From Eledone cirrhosa (taxonomy: Eukaryota): a DNA stretch of 64,000 nucleotides. Numbering within the stretch: position 1 is the stretch's first letter; each line of letters starts with the position of its first letter. This document shows positions 28,520-42,861 of this stretch, piece after piece. The notes under the pieces were generated by a model that was not told the origin of the DNA, searched no databases, and saw nothing but the letters and a program-made list of their open reading frames with translations. The stretch is taken from positions 310,186,001 to 310,250,000 of the forward strand of contig OZ024742.1 of assembly GCA_964016885.1 (NCBI GenBank), in the 5' to 3' direction. The position numbers and the translations under genes are program-made.

Positions 28520-28907
28520 TTGGACACTGACCAAGAAAGTCACTCAGATGGTGGATGGGTGCTACACGAGAATGCTGAGGATGGCTCTGAACATTAATCA
28601 GTATACACTGAGAATGAAAAACTCAGAGCTGTATGGGAGCCTCCCAAAAGTCAGCTCAAAAGTGACACAGAGGAGACTGAGGTTAGCTGGACATGCTCAC
28701 CGACATCCAGAGTTGACATTGCACTCAGTGCTCATGTGGGAGCCCCTACATGGACACACTAGAAGAGGAAGACCAAGGTTAATGTTGGTTGATGCCCTAA
28801 GGACAGACACTGGTCTGTTGGAGACGCATGACATGGCAGCAATAATGAGGGACAGAGACCGCTGGAGAGAACTCGTCCATGGATCTCGGGAATTTTACCC
28901 GCATTAG
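28520..28907 (+). pseudogene. RTE-clade LINE 3' fragment
   Basis: WTLTKK...DGCYTRMLRMALNI...RRLRLAGH..RH...LMWEP.HG..RRGRP; ends in TA repeats. Confidence 0.85.
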
Positions 28908-29092
28908 ATATATAATATATATATATACAGGATCGATCGACTTTCGTCAAATCGGACCGAGGAAACAATGTTTTCGTTGGTCTTTCCAGTTGCTAGTTAT
29001 ATATAGTAATAATAATAAATTTCAGAAGATCCCATTAAGGGTGAATGCAGCGATTCTTTGCTTAAACTTTAATCTGTTATTTTAATAAATAA

Positions 29093-29146
<54 letters not shown>

Positions 29147-29193
29147 ATACTTGGGGAGGGTCATATTTGTGTAATATTGCCAGAATTAATAAC

Positions 29194-29378
29194 TGTTTCT
29201 ACTTTAGGCACAAGGCCAGCAATAACCCAGTGCATTACTGGAACTTTATTTTATCGACCCCGTAAGGATGAAAGGCAAAGTCAACCTCGGCGGGATTTGA
29301 ACTCAGATCTTAAAGGGACGTAACTATGCTGGAAAGCATGGCGTCCGACTCTCTACCGATACTGCCAATCCACCGCCC
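29194..29378 (-). mobile_element. Full-length SINE copy with 17-bp TSD
   Basis: TTGCCAGAATTAATAAC at 29177-29193 and 29379-29395. Confidence 0.9.
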
Positions 29379-29544
29379 TTGCCAGAATTAATAACCTCGC
29401 AAAACTATAATATATATTCTTTAGTCAAAAATATGGTGAAAGCTTATATTTCTAATTTTAAACTCGCTCACTGTTTCAAAACATACTTACTTGTCATTTA
29501 CATGCTAAGAATGTAGCTTCTAATTTGAATGAAAGGAGATGGAT

Positions 29545-29615
29545 GATGTGTTGGTGTAATGGTAGCACAGTGGTCTGGATAACCAAAGGTGTGGGTTCGA
29601 CTCCCATGTACGTCA
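29545..29615 (+). tRNA. tRNA-like cloverleaf (probable pseudo-tRNA; anticodon GGA, no long variable arm)
   Basis: Acceptor GATGTGT/GTACGTC, D GTGT/GCAC, anticodon stem TGGT/ACCA with loop CTGGATA, T arm GTGGG-TTCGACT-CCCAT; A and B boxes intact. Confidence 0.6.
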
Positions 29616-30127
29616 ATACTCATCTTTTTCCATTTCTCTGAGTGTTTTATCAGGATAAACATTTCTTTAGTCAAAAATACGGTGAAAGCTTATATTTCTA
29701 ATTTCAAATTCGCTCACTCTACTCTTATATATATATATATATATATATATATTCTCTTTAGTCATATATATATTTCAGGGTGTAGCAATATTTGTAGGGT
29801 GTAAAATCATACGTCACAAGCCTTGGTAGTGTTTTGGTTGAGTATATATTTCTTGTTTTTTTTTTGTTGGTGCTGTCGTCTACCTACACGATCACTGATC
29901 ACTGCCCTTCCAAAATCGTACAATTAATTGAAAACCTGAAGAATTTTATTTGGAGGAATTTAGCTATTATCATCAGCAAGTCGAGTAACCACATAGAACA
30001 GTGTTTCTGAAAATGGGGCGCATGTCCATAGAGACATAATTTAAATAATTAAGTGACCAATGTTTCTAAATGTTTTCATATCATTTTAACATCAAACATG
30101 TTTCTATATTGCGAGAACGTAAATGTA

Positions 30128-30211
30128 CAGGGTGTCCCCCCAAAATGTATACACACTTCTACAGCATTCTACAGGTAATCAAAATGTGTATGCATTTTTT
30201 GGGACACTTTG
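30128..30211. mobile_element. 84-bp Tc1/mariner-type MITE
   Basis: TA|CAGGGTGTCCCCCAAAATGTATACACA...TGTGTATGCATTTTTTGGGACACTTTG|TA. Confidence 0.75.
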
Positions 30212-30385
30212 TATTTTGATGACTTGGTTGAGCAGAGAGTAAAACTGGTTAAGAATCTCCGACGCCGAGGATCATCTTAATTTTCCTGTGGATGTTGTTT
30301 TTGTATTACTGATGGTATGTTTGATACCTTGTTATTGTTGATTCTGTTGTTGTCAAGTGTAAGTAGAAACAAAAAGTGCATTTGC

Positions 30386-30423
<38 letters not shown>

Positions 30424-30479
30424 ACGTGTGTGTGTGTGTACATATATATACGTATAATAACATATATATATGTATATAC

Positions 30480-30551
<72 letters not shown>

Positions 30552-30748
30552 GTGTGTGTGTGTGTATACATACATATATTTTCACACACATATTTGTACA
30601 GATATACACACACATAATCATACACTTAACATTAAACACGTCATAATAGTAGTAACCAATCAACGAGTTGCTGATGGAATTTCTATCATGTCCATCAACT
30701 GACATGTTCTTCTTTTTCTCCCTCATACCACACACACATAAACACACA

Positions 30749-30859
<111 letters not shown>

Positions 30860-31369
30860 GCGCACACACAGATATATATATATATATATATAGGCACTCA
30901 TATGTATTTGCCTTTAATGTTTTGAATTTCTTTGTCATTTATGACGTCAGAATGTATATTACTCCTGATCGGATGTTGTGAATATATTTTGTTTATGAAA
31001 TCATGGAATATACACCTTACACCACGTGGTTTCAAATTCCATTTTATCTATGACATCATTAAATTGTAAATATACTGTACATCGGAATATACTAGCATGC
31101 ACACTCACATACGCACACACACACACACGCACACACACACACACATACACACACACACATACACACACAATGCACACACACACTCATATATATAATCTAT
31201 ATAATAAATGTTCGGTGAATCCATACGTACATATATATATGTGTGCATGTATGTATATATATACATACTACTGTACGTCTGTATACATATATGTATGTAC
31301 GTGTACATACTTATATTTAAGTAACAGCCGTACTAAGAGTGAGAAATGAAAGTTCGTTTCATTTTTTCC

Positions 31370-31406
<37 letters not shown>

Positions 31407-32543
31407 CTGAGAATTAATTTGCATTAGACGATCTTACGCTTTCTGAGTTCATTGTTGTAGCTGTTTAGTCCCAGGTAAACATAGATGGAGCAGATCTCTA
31501 GAGGAAGGCAAACCATGGCCATTCCATCTTTTTCAGATGTTGTATAACTGAAACTGTATTGTCCTATATAGAGGTAGACTTCACTTTATTAACAGTGTAA
31601 TTTGGGTGTTATGTGACAGTTATTTCTTTGAGATGTGATGTGATACCAATAGCAAGAATTCGACTCAGGATCACAAAAAATCAAATGAGATTGTAAAAGA
31701 CAAGCGTGGAACTAATGTTAGCCATATAGCACGGCCAGCCCCGATGCTTTGGACACGGCGTTCGCAAACCTCATTGATGGCTTACCGATTATTCAAGAGA
31801 GATTTTCAAAGCCCGAAAAAGAGACAGGCCACCTGTTGCAGTATCAGGTCCAATGAAGATAAGACTCATATTGTTGGATTAACAAAGGAACTGAATAGCT
31901 CTACGAAGAAATCGTCATCATTATTACCATCATCATTAAGTTTTGAAGCTGAGCGATCACGCAGAGGCTTCTGCGTTGGATAATTCTGGGTCTGTTATTT
32001 GTGCTGCTTTTTGTACTAACAGATTAATCGTTTCCTTAAACCCACTTCCTTTTAGTGTGTTATTTTAATAGTTGACTGCGTTATTGAGGGTGGTCCTATC
32101 TAGAATATGTTATATATCATTCGAATTATATCACTAAATATTTGTTTATAATATTGGAAGAGTTTAACATCCTTCATAATCTACATTAGCTATATATACG
32201 GCTTTGTATAATATGTAAGAAACTATCAGAAGTAACGCCGATAGTAAGTGTAACGTTTCGGTCTAATTCCGCAATATTTTCATTGTATTTTATCTAGCAA
32301 GACGTCATCTGCGTAGTGTGAGTTCTTAGCGTACATAAACTATACACTCCAACCAACTCTCATACCTCAGCTCTGTCATTGGTACCCTTTATGAATTTGA
32401 TGTTCACATCATCATTTGTCACTCATGCATAATACCAACATGCAGTATTGTTGTAGAAACTATTTTTAATGATGATGCTGTATTTGGTTTTCGAATGCCA
32501 GTGCTTTAGGGAGTCGGGACTTGGAGAGAGAGAGAGAGAGAGT

Positions 32544-32604
<61 letters not shown>

Positions 32605-32771
32605 TTCTTCCTTCCTTCCTTACGTCATCAGGTCGACAAATGGTCTTCCTTTAAAGGTTTCCTTGGAAGAAAACATATCGGGTTTGTTCTGTTCTTTCCC
32701 TTCATTTGGAGGTTTTTCTTTTCATTTTACAAGATGGCATCTTGTCTGCTCGAGAGAACTTTCAGGGAGAA

Positions 32772-32852
<81 letters not shown>

Positions 32853-33878
32853 AACAGTGACTAACTGCCAGATAAATATATAGATTGATAGGCAGAGAAA
32901 AAGGCAGGGAGAGAAAGAGGGATCATCGAGCTGAATACTTGACTGGTACTTTATTTATCGAAAAAAAAAATACAGTTGACATTGCAAGGATTTGACCTCA
33001 GAGTGCAGAAAGACGAAAGAAGGACGGCAAAACCTTCTATTCATCTCTCCAATGATTGTAACAAATGGATTCGTTGAGAGGTAGATAATATATTTCAATA
33101 CCGATAATAGTAATTAAGCCACCTACTATATTTCTCTTATCTATTGACATAGGTTAATGACTTTTGTTATTTTCCTAAAGATTTGTTTACTAATTAAACC
33201 TATTTAGTTTTAGCCAGGTTTTATTAAGCTTTATTTGTGAATTGTTGAGAAATTTCTGTGTGGCTATTTAAGAGTATGTGTAGCTTAGCATTGCATTCTA
33301 TTGTGTAATTTCAGTTTGGCTGGTATGTCATTTCGTCATATCTCTTGCAGTTTGTGTTTTATAAGTTTTGGTGATTGTTTTGTTAATTATTAGGTTTATT
33401 GAAGTTGTCCCTATCGAGTCGCATAAATTTTGTTCCACACACACACGCACACACATGTATATATATATATATATATATAACGAAGGAAGTGTGGTAAGGA
33501 ACCAGATGGACCATAACGCACCAGAGTAGTAGAGTGGGTAATAGGAAAATGTTTAACCCCGACGGCAGAGCTCAAGCCGAGTCCAGGAATAGCCGTCGAA
33601 ACGGCCTGAGCTCTGCCGTCGAGGAAACATTTTCCTATATATATATATATATATATAATTGTTTCTACTTTAGGCACAGGGCCAGCAATTATCCCAGTGT
33701 ATTACTGGTACTTTATTTTATCGACCCCGTAAGGATGAAAGGCAAAGTTAACCTCGGCGCGATTTGAACTCAGACCATAAAGGGCCGTAACTCTATGCTG
33801 CAAAGCAGGGCGTCCGACCTTCTACCGATACTGCCAATCCACTGCCCTATAATAATAATATAATATATATATATATGT

Positions 33879-34137
<259 letters not shown>

Positions 34138-34690
34138 AAAGTGTTGTCTCGAAAATTGATTTGAAGAGTGAGTGCATTAGAAATTTATAGAATAAGTAGA
34201 AACTCAACGCAAAGGAAAACTGCCGAAACAGTAAAATATCGTCAATGACGACGTTGGGTAAAGACTTACGTGAAGGACAGGAATAAGTCGAGTGCAACAG
34301 ATGGAGAGGATGAGCTCATCCGCTTCGATTCTGTCTCAGAATTACGTCGGGGCTTTATCCCCCTCCATCACCATCCCATCTTCCTACCCCACCTCCATCC
34401 TCCCGTCTTCCTGCCCCCACGCCATCATCATCATTATCGCCATATATGGTGTTATGTTCACAACAGACGCTCTACTGCCGAACTGTATTGCCATACATTA
34501 TTTCAATTAACATGTCTACAGAGGTTTGAATTAAAACAACATGGGAGTTGACAATGTCATTCAATCGGGTATATCCAGCAAGTGGGCCATAACATGGTCA
34601 CATAAACTGCTACAAATAACAATAAAACATTCCTCAAATTAATCTCCGACATCTTAAAAAAAGTATCGGTTGCACATTCTAGTACGGACT

Positions 34691-34723
<33 letters not shown>

Positions 34724-34724
34724 G

Positions 34725-34925
34725 TCGATCGAATTTCGTCAAATCGGACCGAGGAAACAATGTTTCTATGGGTCTTTCCAATTGCTAATACTATCTATCA
34801 ATCGCAACTCCAGGTAGAAGTATCAACGTGAAATAAAGTGTCTTGCTCAAAGATATAACGCATCGCCCGGTCCGGGAATCGCACTCATAACCTCACAATT
34901 GCAAATCCAATTCTCTAACTACTCA
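34725..34925 (-). mobile_element. Second tRNA-SINE family (CORE/V-like TTGAGCAAGACACTT domain)
   Basis: Reverse complement of 60080-60300; fragment at 28935-29000. Confidence 0.65.
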
Positions 34926-35056
34926 GTTACACGAATAACTAAAAAAAAATAAAGGTTAGGGTCCTGGCTAGAATGTAGGTCTGTTTATTCTGGATTGGCA
35001 TTGCCTGGAGCTATGCAACAAAAATAGACAGCCATTTAGGATAAACAAAACCAGTA

Positions 35057-35434
35057 CTCTCGTCCTCCAACACCGCTTATCAATTTTTCAGATTTTTTCC
35101 ACCCTCTCCCACTCTTATTCCGACCTCCGGTTCTTATTCAAATCCCCATCACCCCGCTTATTAAATTTTACTAATCTATTACCGGCGAAATTTTATTTTA
35201 TGTGGTAGCATTCTTGCGACAATTAATTTTCTTTATACATTAAAAAACATTATACATTACAACAAAGTACATTACTAGAAATCTCATACATTATAAAATG
35301 AATAGGATGGGTTGGAGACTCAATATGTAATCAATGGAAACAACCTAGTAAAATTACCGATTTACCAACACCGCCGCTTACTCCCCCCCCTTCTGCTTAT
35401 TCCACACCCACCCCTATTACGTGGGACCCGGGAG
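35057..35434. mobile_element. TA-flanked MITE
   Basis: TA|CTCTCG...GGGACCCGGGAG|TA; internal similarity to 62201-62738. Confidence 0.65.
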
Positions 35435-36147
35435 TATGTAAACGGATAGCATATAAATTGATTAAAATCCTTTTATGCATATTTTTGGCCTTGTGTCAAT
35501 GAGAGAAATAACCAGCACAACACAAATACACTTACTACCACCACCAGCACCAGCACCACCAGCACCACCAGCACCACCAGCACCACCAGCACCACCAGCA
35601 CCACCAGCACCAACACCACCAGCACCACCAGCACCACCACCAGCACCACCACTACCTCCACACCCCCCACTCCCACTATCACCACCACCAGCACCAGCAG
35701 CACCACCACGACCACCACCACCGCCGCCGCCACCACTACCACCACCACCACCGCCGCCGCCGCCACCACTACCACCACCACCACCACTAGCACCACCACC
35801 ACCACCGCTGCCGCCACCACTACCATCACCACCCCCACCAGCACCGCCACCACCACCACCACCACCACCACCACCACCACCGCCGCCAGCACCACCACCA
35901 CCCAAGGAGAGAAGGTGGAGTCGCAGCAGTTATCGCGTTATTGGTTTCGTTATTGTTGTTATTGTCAAGGTTATTTTTGTTTTCGTATATCAAGGATGGT
36001 TGGAATGATAACAGACCTTCCAAAGATTGTTATACATATGGATGGGTTAGCATATATATATATATATATGTATAGCAATGTGTGTATGTATATGTGTGTG
36101 CGTGTGCTTGCATACGTATTACTACGCGATCAGTCGACTCAGTATTT

Positions 36148-36194
<47 letters not shown>

Positions 36195-36196
<2 letters not shown>

Positions 36197-36880
36197 TCTT
36201 GCTGGGCAAGCGTGGGGGCAGAATAATCCTCAAACACTACTTCCTGCGGGTCATGTCAGAAGCAGCCGTCTCCAAATGATCTGGCTGGTTTCCCAAGGGA
36301 GACCAGTTGAGCTCATGGATGTTATCCAAGCATCTTGCTCGAGGTCTTGGCTTGGGTCCCCTGCCGCTTGGTTTTGCCCGTAAAATTGTATTGTCCAGCG
36401 ATTTTTTCCCCGAGACATTCTAACCTCATAACCTTAATATCGGAGCCGTGATCTCTCAATTAGGAAAAGTAGCGGATCTATCTGGAGCAACTCTATGATC
36501 TCCGAGCTACGCACTCCAAAGATTCCTCGGAGGATCCGCATTTCGATCGTTTGTATTCGCGATCGTATTGTTCCGGTCATTACCCATGATTAATGACCAT
36601 ATATAAGGGCTGGCACGAATAGCGAGTTTGGCTTTTACACCTGCCTCCATTCTTCTGATTACCGAATGCTTAAGCTGGTGCATTACTACATCAGCTCCTG
36701 CAAATCTTGCACTTAATTCAGCCACCTGCCTTCTATCACTCGTGAACACGTCCTCGAGATACAAACTTCTCCACCTGCTTCAACGGAATTCCACTCACAG
36801 GTAGGGTGCACTGTGAAGGCTTCTGGGAAAGGACGAGTGGCCCAGTCTTCGTAGCATTGCTTTTCAGTGTATGTATGTTG
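36195..36880 (-). pseudogene. RTE (Expander/Rex3-like) LINE 3' fragment with (AGT)n tail
   Basis: LKQVEKF.YLEDVFTSD...KAKLAI...EMRILRGIFGVR...PLLFLIERSRLRY; related 3' end at 59680-59790. Confidence 0.75.
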
Positions 36881-37439
36881 ATATAGGTGTGACCATCGCA
36901 TAGCCCAATGGTTAAGCGGTTCATTTAACAGCCATTAGACCCCAGATTCAACCCTTCTGTGCCGCAGCTTGGGCAAGAGATACTTACCATATCCTCGTCG
37001 ACTCGTGCAGTGTGAGTAAAATTGGGTAGACGGAAACTGTTTGGAAGCCAGACATATGAACAGTACCTATAACTGAAAGAGCCTGCCTCTCAATCTCTCT
37101 GAGAAGTATGTCATGGTTACACGTGTCTGTGGTATACTCAGACACTAGTTTAGGTTTAGTTAAACAATGTAATACAAGATGGAAGGGTCGATAAAGTAAA
37201 AATGCACGCACATGTACACAAGGTCCGAACACAGAGGAGCCGAACTCCCAATGTCATCGCCGCCGTCCCTCTCGCCCTCCCCATCTCTCACTATTATGAT
37301 CAAATGGAGTCCCACGCTTTGGCTGCCCCACGGCTCCGGCGAACACTAAATTTCATGAGCAATCTATTCTGTTGATCGAGCAAGTGGAAAGTTCATCGTG
37401 GAATCCAATGGAGGTCCATCGATATCGACTGTTGTAAAA

Positions 37440-37995
37440 AGAGGTGGATTGCTGGAATTGTTAGCATGTTGGACAAACGCCACCGGGGTTAACTCTATCA
37501 TTCATCTTTCTGAGATCAATAAAATAAAGTATCAGTGAGCTACTGAGGTCGATGCAATATAATACCCCACTGCTCCTCAAAATTGCTGGTCTTGTGCCTA
37601 TGTTAGAAACTCTTGTCTATCATGGATTAGCAGTATCGGTATGAATTCGGACACCATGCTTTGCAGCATAGAGTTACGGCCCTTTATGGGATCGATAAAA
37701 TAAAGCACCAGTAATGCATTGGGGTCGATTTAATCGACTTTCCCTGCTACACCAAAATTGCTGGCCATGTGCTGCCTAAATCAGAAGCCATTATATGAAT
37801 GTGTAGTGGATTGGCAGTATCGGTAGAGGGTCGGACACGATGCTTTACAGTATAGAGTTACGGTCCCTTACGGTCTGAGTTCAAATCCCGCCGAGGTTAA
37901 CTTTGCCTTTCATCCTTACGGGGTCGATAAAATAAAGTACCAGTAATGTACGGGGATAATTGCTGGCCTTGTGCCAAAAGTAGAAGCAATTATAT
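37440..37995 (+). mobile_element. Three tandem SINE copies
   Basis: Repeated GGATT..CAGTATCGGTA heads; TSD ATTATATGAAT around the third copy. Confidence 0.75.
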
Positions 37996-38229
37996 GAATA
38001 GGCTTATTACCAGTATGTATCCGTAGGTCAAAGAACACAGCTGGGAAAGAACATTGACCCCTAGTAACAATGCTAATTGTGGGGGTTCCCTGATTAGCTG
38101 TAGGGCTTATTAACATATGGAACACATCATTGGTTTCTTAATTTAATTAATTTGTTTGTGTCGTGTTTTTATTTATATATTTATTTATTTCATGTTTGTA
38201 TCCTTATACTCAATTCTATGTAATACTCT

Positions 38230-39510
38230 TGCCACCACCACCACCACCACCACTACGACCACTACAACCACCATCACCGACACCATAATCCCCTCCCCCA
38301 CCACCATAATCACGACGACGACCACCAGCACCACCACGATCACTACGACCACAACCACCACTACCACCATTACCACCACGACCACCACGACCACCACCAC
38401 CACTACCACCACTACCACCACTACCACCACGACCACCACCACGACCACCACCACCACTGCTACCACCACGACCACTACGACCACAACCACCACTACCACC
38501 ACTACCACCGCTACCACCACGACACCCCCACACCATCACCATCATCCCCACCATAATCATGACGACGACGACCACTACCACCACGACCACCACCACGACC
38601 ACCACCACTGCTACCACCACCACCACCACCACTGCTACCACTATGACTACAACCACCACTACCACCACTACCACCACTACCACCACCACGACCACCACCA
38701 CCACCACTGCTACCACCACGACCACTACGACCACAACCACCACTACCACCACTACCACCGCTACCACCACGACATCCCCACACCACCACCATCATCCCCA
38801 CCATAATCATGACGACGACGACCACTACCACCACTACCACCACTACCACCACCACGACCACCACCACTGCTACCACCACCACCACCACCACTGCTACCAC
38901 TATGACTACAGCCACCACTACCACCACTACCACCACTACCACCACCACGACGACCACCACCACCACCACTGCTACCACCACGACCACTACGACCACAACT
39001 ACCACTACCACCACTAACACCGCTACCACCACGACACCCCCACACCACCACCATCATCCCCACCATAATCATGACGACGACGACCACTACCACCACTACC
39101 ACCACCACGACCGCCACCACCACCACCCTACCACCACTACCACCACCACCACCACCACTACCACCACGACCACAACCACCACCATCACCCACACCATAAA
39201 CACCGCCGCCAACCGTGTACAGCACCTTCACCCTCACAATCACCACAACTATTACTGCTCGTGACTGTTTCCGCTGCCGCCAAAACCACCACCAACACCA
39301 CCACTACCACCAACACCACCACCATCACCACCACAACCACCATCACCACCACCACAACCCACCATCACCACTACCACCACCAAAACCAACACCACCATCA
39401 CCAATCCCACCATCACCACCACCACCACCGCCGTAACACCACCACCGCCGTAACACCACCACCACCACCACCACCACCACCACCACCACAACAACAACAA
39501 CAACAACTCT
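38230..39510. repeat. (ACC)n-derived array with about 250-bp higher-order period
   Basis: Marker CACCATCATCCCCACCATAATCATGACGACGAC at ~38537, ~38786, ~39049. Confidence 0.9.
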
Positions 39511-39837
39511 CACCACCAATATCATGTATATGGAAGTTTCAACAAGTCAGATTTACCAAATGCAATGTTGTTACATGAGATGGACGAGTCAGACAGTCAG
39601 ACAGACTGATATACAGACAGACAGACAGACAGACTGAGAGAGTAATGTGTAACGAACTAATAACAACTATCACATCATTCCGGTCATCAGTACAGTTTAT
39701 AATTTGACGTCCACTGGAGGCAGGAATGGGGGTGGTAATCAGTGGTGTTGTTGGTGGTGGTTGTGATGGTAGTGGCAGCGGTAGGGGTGACAGTGGTAAC
39801 GTAACGAAGTCTGTGGTACAAATGACAGTGGGGGGTT

Positions 39838-39927
<90 letters not shown>

Positions 39928-39962
39928 ACACACACGCACACACTCTGTCTCTCTCTCTCTCT

Positions 39963-40008
<46 letters not shown>

Positions 40009-40440
40009 CTAGCAGAATGGCCCGGCGTTGCTCGGGATTCTAAACATAGATTGGTATGTTTATCCCATTCGAAATACCTCGGCCTGGGGATGGTGTCTAT
40101 ATCTTGCTTATAAAAAAAATTCGTCGTAGATTACCAGGGCTTTTTTCCGTGCGAAGAAAATCAATACTTTATCGCGAAATAAATACTTTTGTTTATATTT
40201 TGTTATTATATATATATATTAAAATAATAGATTAAAGTTTAGGCAATGAATCGCTGCTTTCACCCTTAACGGCATCTTCTGAAACTAAAAAAATCAATCT
40301 GTGAACGCAGAAGTAAATATTTCGAAAAACGTTACACACTATATATATACACACAATATATACATACACACACACACACACATATATAGCGTCATAATGT
40401 CGTAATGCAGACAGCCAGACATACATACAGATATTATAAG
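40009..40440 (-). mobile_element. Non-autonomous Helitron (3' end defined, 5' end approximate)
   Basis: Minus strand CCCGAGCAACGCCGGG...TCTGCTAG|T. Confidence 0.65.
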
Positions 40441-40594
40441 GGAGCAAAGTTTTATCTATGTATCTATCTAAAAAGAAAGACTAAGAATTATGGAGAGAGA
40501 TCGCTAAATCGCCTAATGCGGTCCCTAGGGCATTGAAATATGTATATATGTATATATATGTTTATATATATATATATATGTTTTTATATATATG

Positions 40595-40700
<106 letters not shown>

Positions 40701-40776
40701 GATAAGCAGAACAAGTAAAATTCAACCAATTTTTCAAAATAAATAAAAAAATATAATATAAATATTTACCTGTTCT

Positions 40777-40865
40777 AATGGCCCTTACTGATCAGTTTCG
40801 CTTTGTAAAACCCCAGAAATCCGATGGATATCTGATGGAAAACCAAAGCTCATCAGAGAAGCATT
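40777..40865 (-). ncRNA. Type I hammerhead (family D) in a 488-bp terminally redundant unit
   Basis: Minus strand CTGATGA-GCTTTG...CAAAGC-GAAA-CTGATCAG-TA; 28-bp direct repeat at 40694-40721 and 41182-41209. Confidence 0.75.
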
Positions 40866-41204
40866 TTCCTTTCCTAGGGCTAAACGACCCAGGAACGATA
40901 AAATATATGACCTCCTGCCAGCTAATACAGGTCTGAAAGGTCGTGAAAGTGACCCGTATGTAAACCGGACCGAAGTAAAAGCGGGAAACCACAGACTTGC
41001 TGTCTATAATTACTACTAAAAAAAATAGCAGCTAAATAGAACAACAGATTTGTTCTCTACATAACGGAGTATAATGAATGAAGTTAATATGTGCAAGGAT
41101 ACTAGGTTCCTACTAGAAATACATAGCTTGTCTATGATTCAAGGTTGTTCAATGGTATTAATTTGATATACCAGAACTTTAATATTAAGATAAGCAGAAC
41201 AAGT

Positions 41205-41239
<35 letters not shown>

Positions 41240-41252
<13 letters not shown>

Positions 41253-42516
41253 ACGTATTATGTCTGTCTGTGTGTGTGTATGGTTTTTATGCATATCCAC
41301 ATTTCTCTACCGATTTTGATGATCTTTTCCCAATGTGCTCCAAATTTACCAACGATGGTCAACGCATAATAGACTTTTGCAAAAATTCTCTCCTTCTACG
41401 AAAAAAATCGATAAAACTAAATACATGCTGTAATGCTCTCTCTTACACACTTAATCCCTCTCTCTACTACCCTAAAAAATCGATGAAACTACATACATAT
41501 TGCAAATCTCTTTAAAGGGTTCATCCCTCCCTCTACTCCCCTCTCAATTTCCTCTGCAACTCTAACAGCGACAAAACTTCGTTCAGGAACGCGATATAAA
41601 CTTTGAAAACTAAGCAACACATCAATTTATACAACAACAAACATAGTCATAACGACGCTCATACATCAAATAACAAAACTTAAAAAGTCGATAAAACTAA
41701 ATACATTTCATTCAAAACATTTTCTAAGTGAGTTAATATCTGTATACAACAACCACAACGGTACGCGATGGGGCCCACCCACAGCCCCGTCGGACAGAAT
41801 GGAGAAGGCGTTTCCCCGGAGGGCGGCAAGGGAGACGCGCTGGAAAAGCCACTCCAACTCGCGAGGCTCACACCTGCGGCTGGCCAGCTCAGCGCCTATG
41901 GTGGTGAGTAAGGAGGTAGCCCTGGCACCGAGGACACCAGAAGTCTCCACTGCCAGGGGTACGACCGCAAACCTGCCGGAGAGCGACCGGTATTTGACCA
42001 TTACATTTTACACCATTACATTTTACATCAAATAACAAATATTCAAAAGCAACAGATGAATTTATACAACAACAAACGTAGTCATAACGACGCTTAAGCA
42101 TTGATTTACTTGAATCTCAACACAGACATTTTATTGTTGTCCTTTTTGTAATTTTTTTCAGCAATATGAGACAAAAAAATAATGAGGAAACTTTTTTCAG
42201 GAACGTCCGATTTTGATGATTTTTATTTTCCAGTGTGCTCAAAAAAATTATCGCCCCTGTTTACGCTCTTTTGTGCTATAACTCAGACGGGCTTGGCTTA
42301 CAGGTTTGACCTACTATTTGACGTGCATTCTTCATACAACTTATTTAGTACTCAGTTTCCACTTATTCACTGTTCAATTGAAATTTTTCGCTATCCCCCG
42401 CCCCTTCCTTGCTTACCCGTATTTATTTTCTTTGCCTCAATAATCATAATTGAGTGGAATCATTAAGAGTACTTTAAAGCAATTAAACTCCGAGCAACGC
42501 CGGGCACTTCTGCTAG
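41240..42516 (+). mobile_element. Non-autonomous Helitron containing a retroelement fragment (5' end approximate)
   Basis: 3' CCGAGCAACGCCGGG...CTAG|T at 42490-42517. Confidence 0.7.
41770..42001 (-). pseudogene. CRE-like retrotransposon C-terminal restriction-like endonuclease fragment
   Basis: KYRSLSGRFAVVPLAVETSGVLG...EPRELEWLFQRVSLAALRGNA. Confidence 0.78.
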
Positions 42517-42604
42517 TATATATATATATATGTTTATATATATATATATATATGTTTATATATATATATATATATATGTTTTTATATATATATATATATA
42601 TGTT

Positions 42605-42707
<103 letters not shown>

Positions 42708-42763
42708 ATAAACATATATATATATATAAATATATATATGTTTATATATATATATATATATGT

Positions 42764-42804
<41 letters not shown>

Positions 42805-42807
42805 TAT

Positions 42808-42852
<45 letters not shown>

Positions 42853-42861
42853 GTTTATATA

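Noticed and set aside
35462-36008. Pro-rich (formin/extensin-like) and Gly-rich ORFs
   Set aside because: (CCA/CCG/GCA)n repeat open in several frames on both strands, with no flanking domain or splice context.
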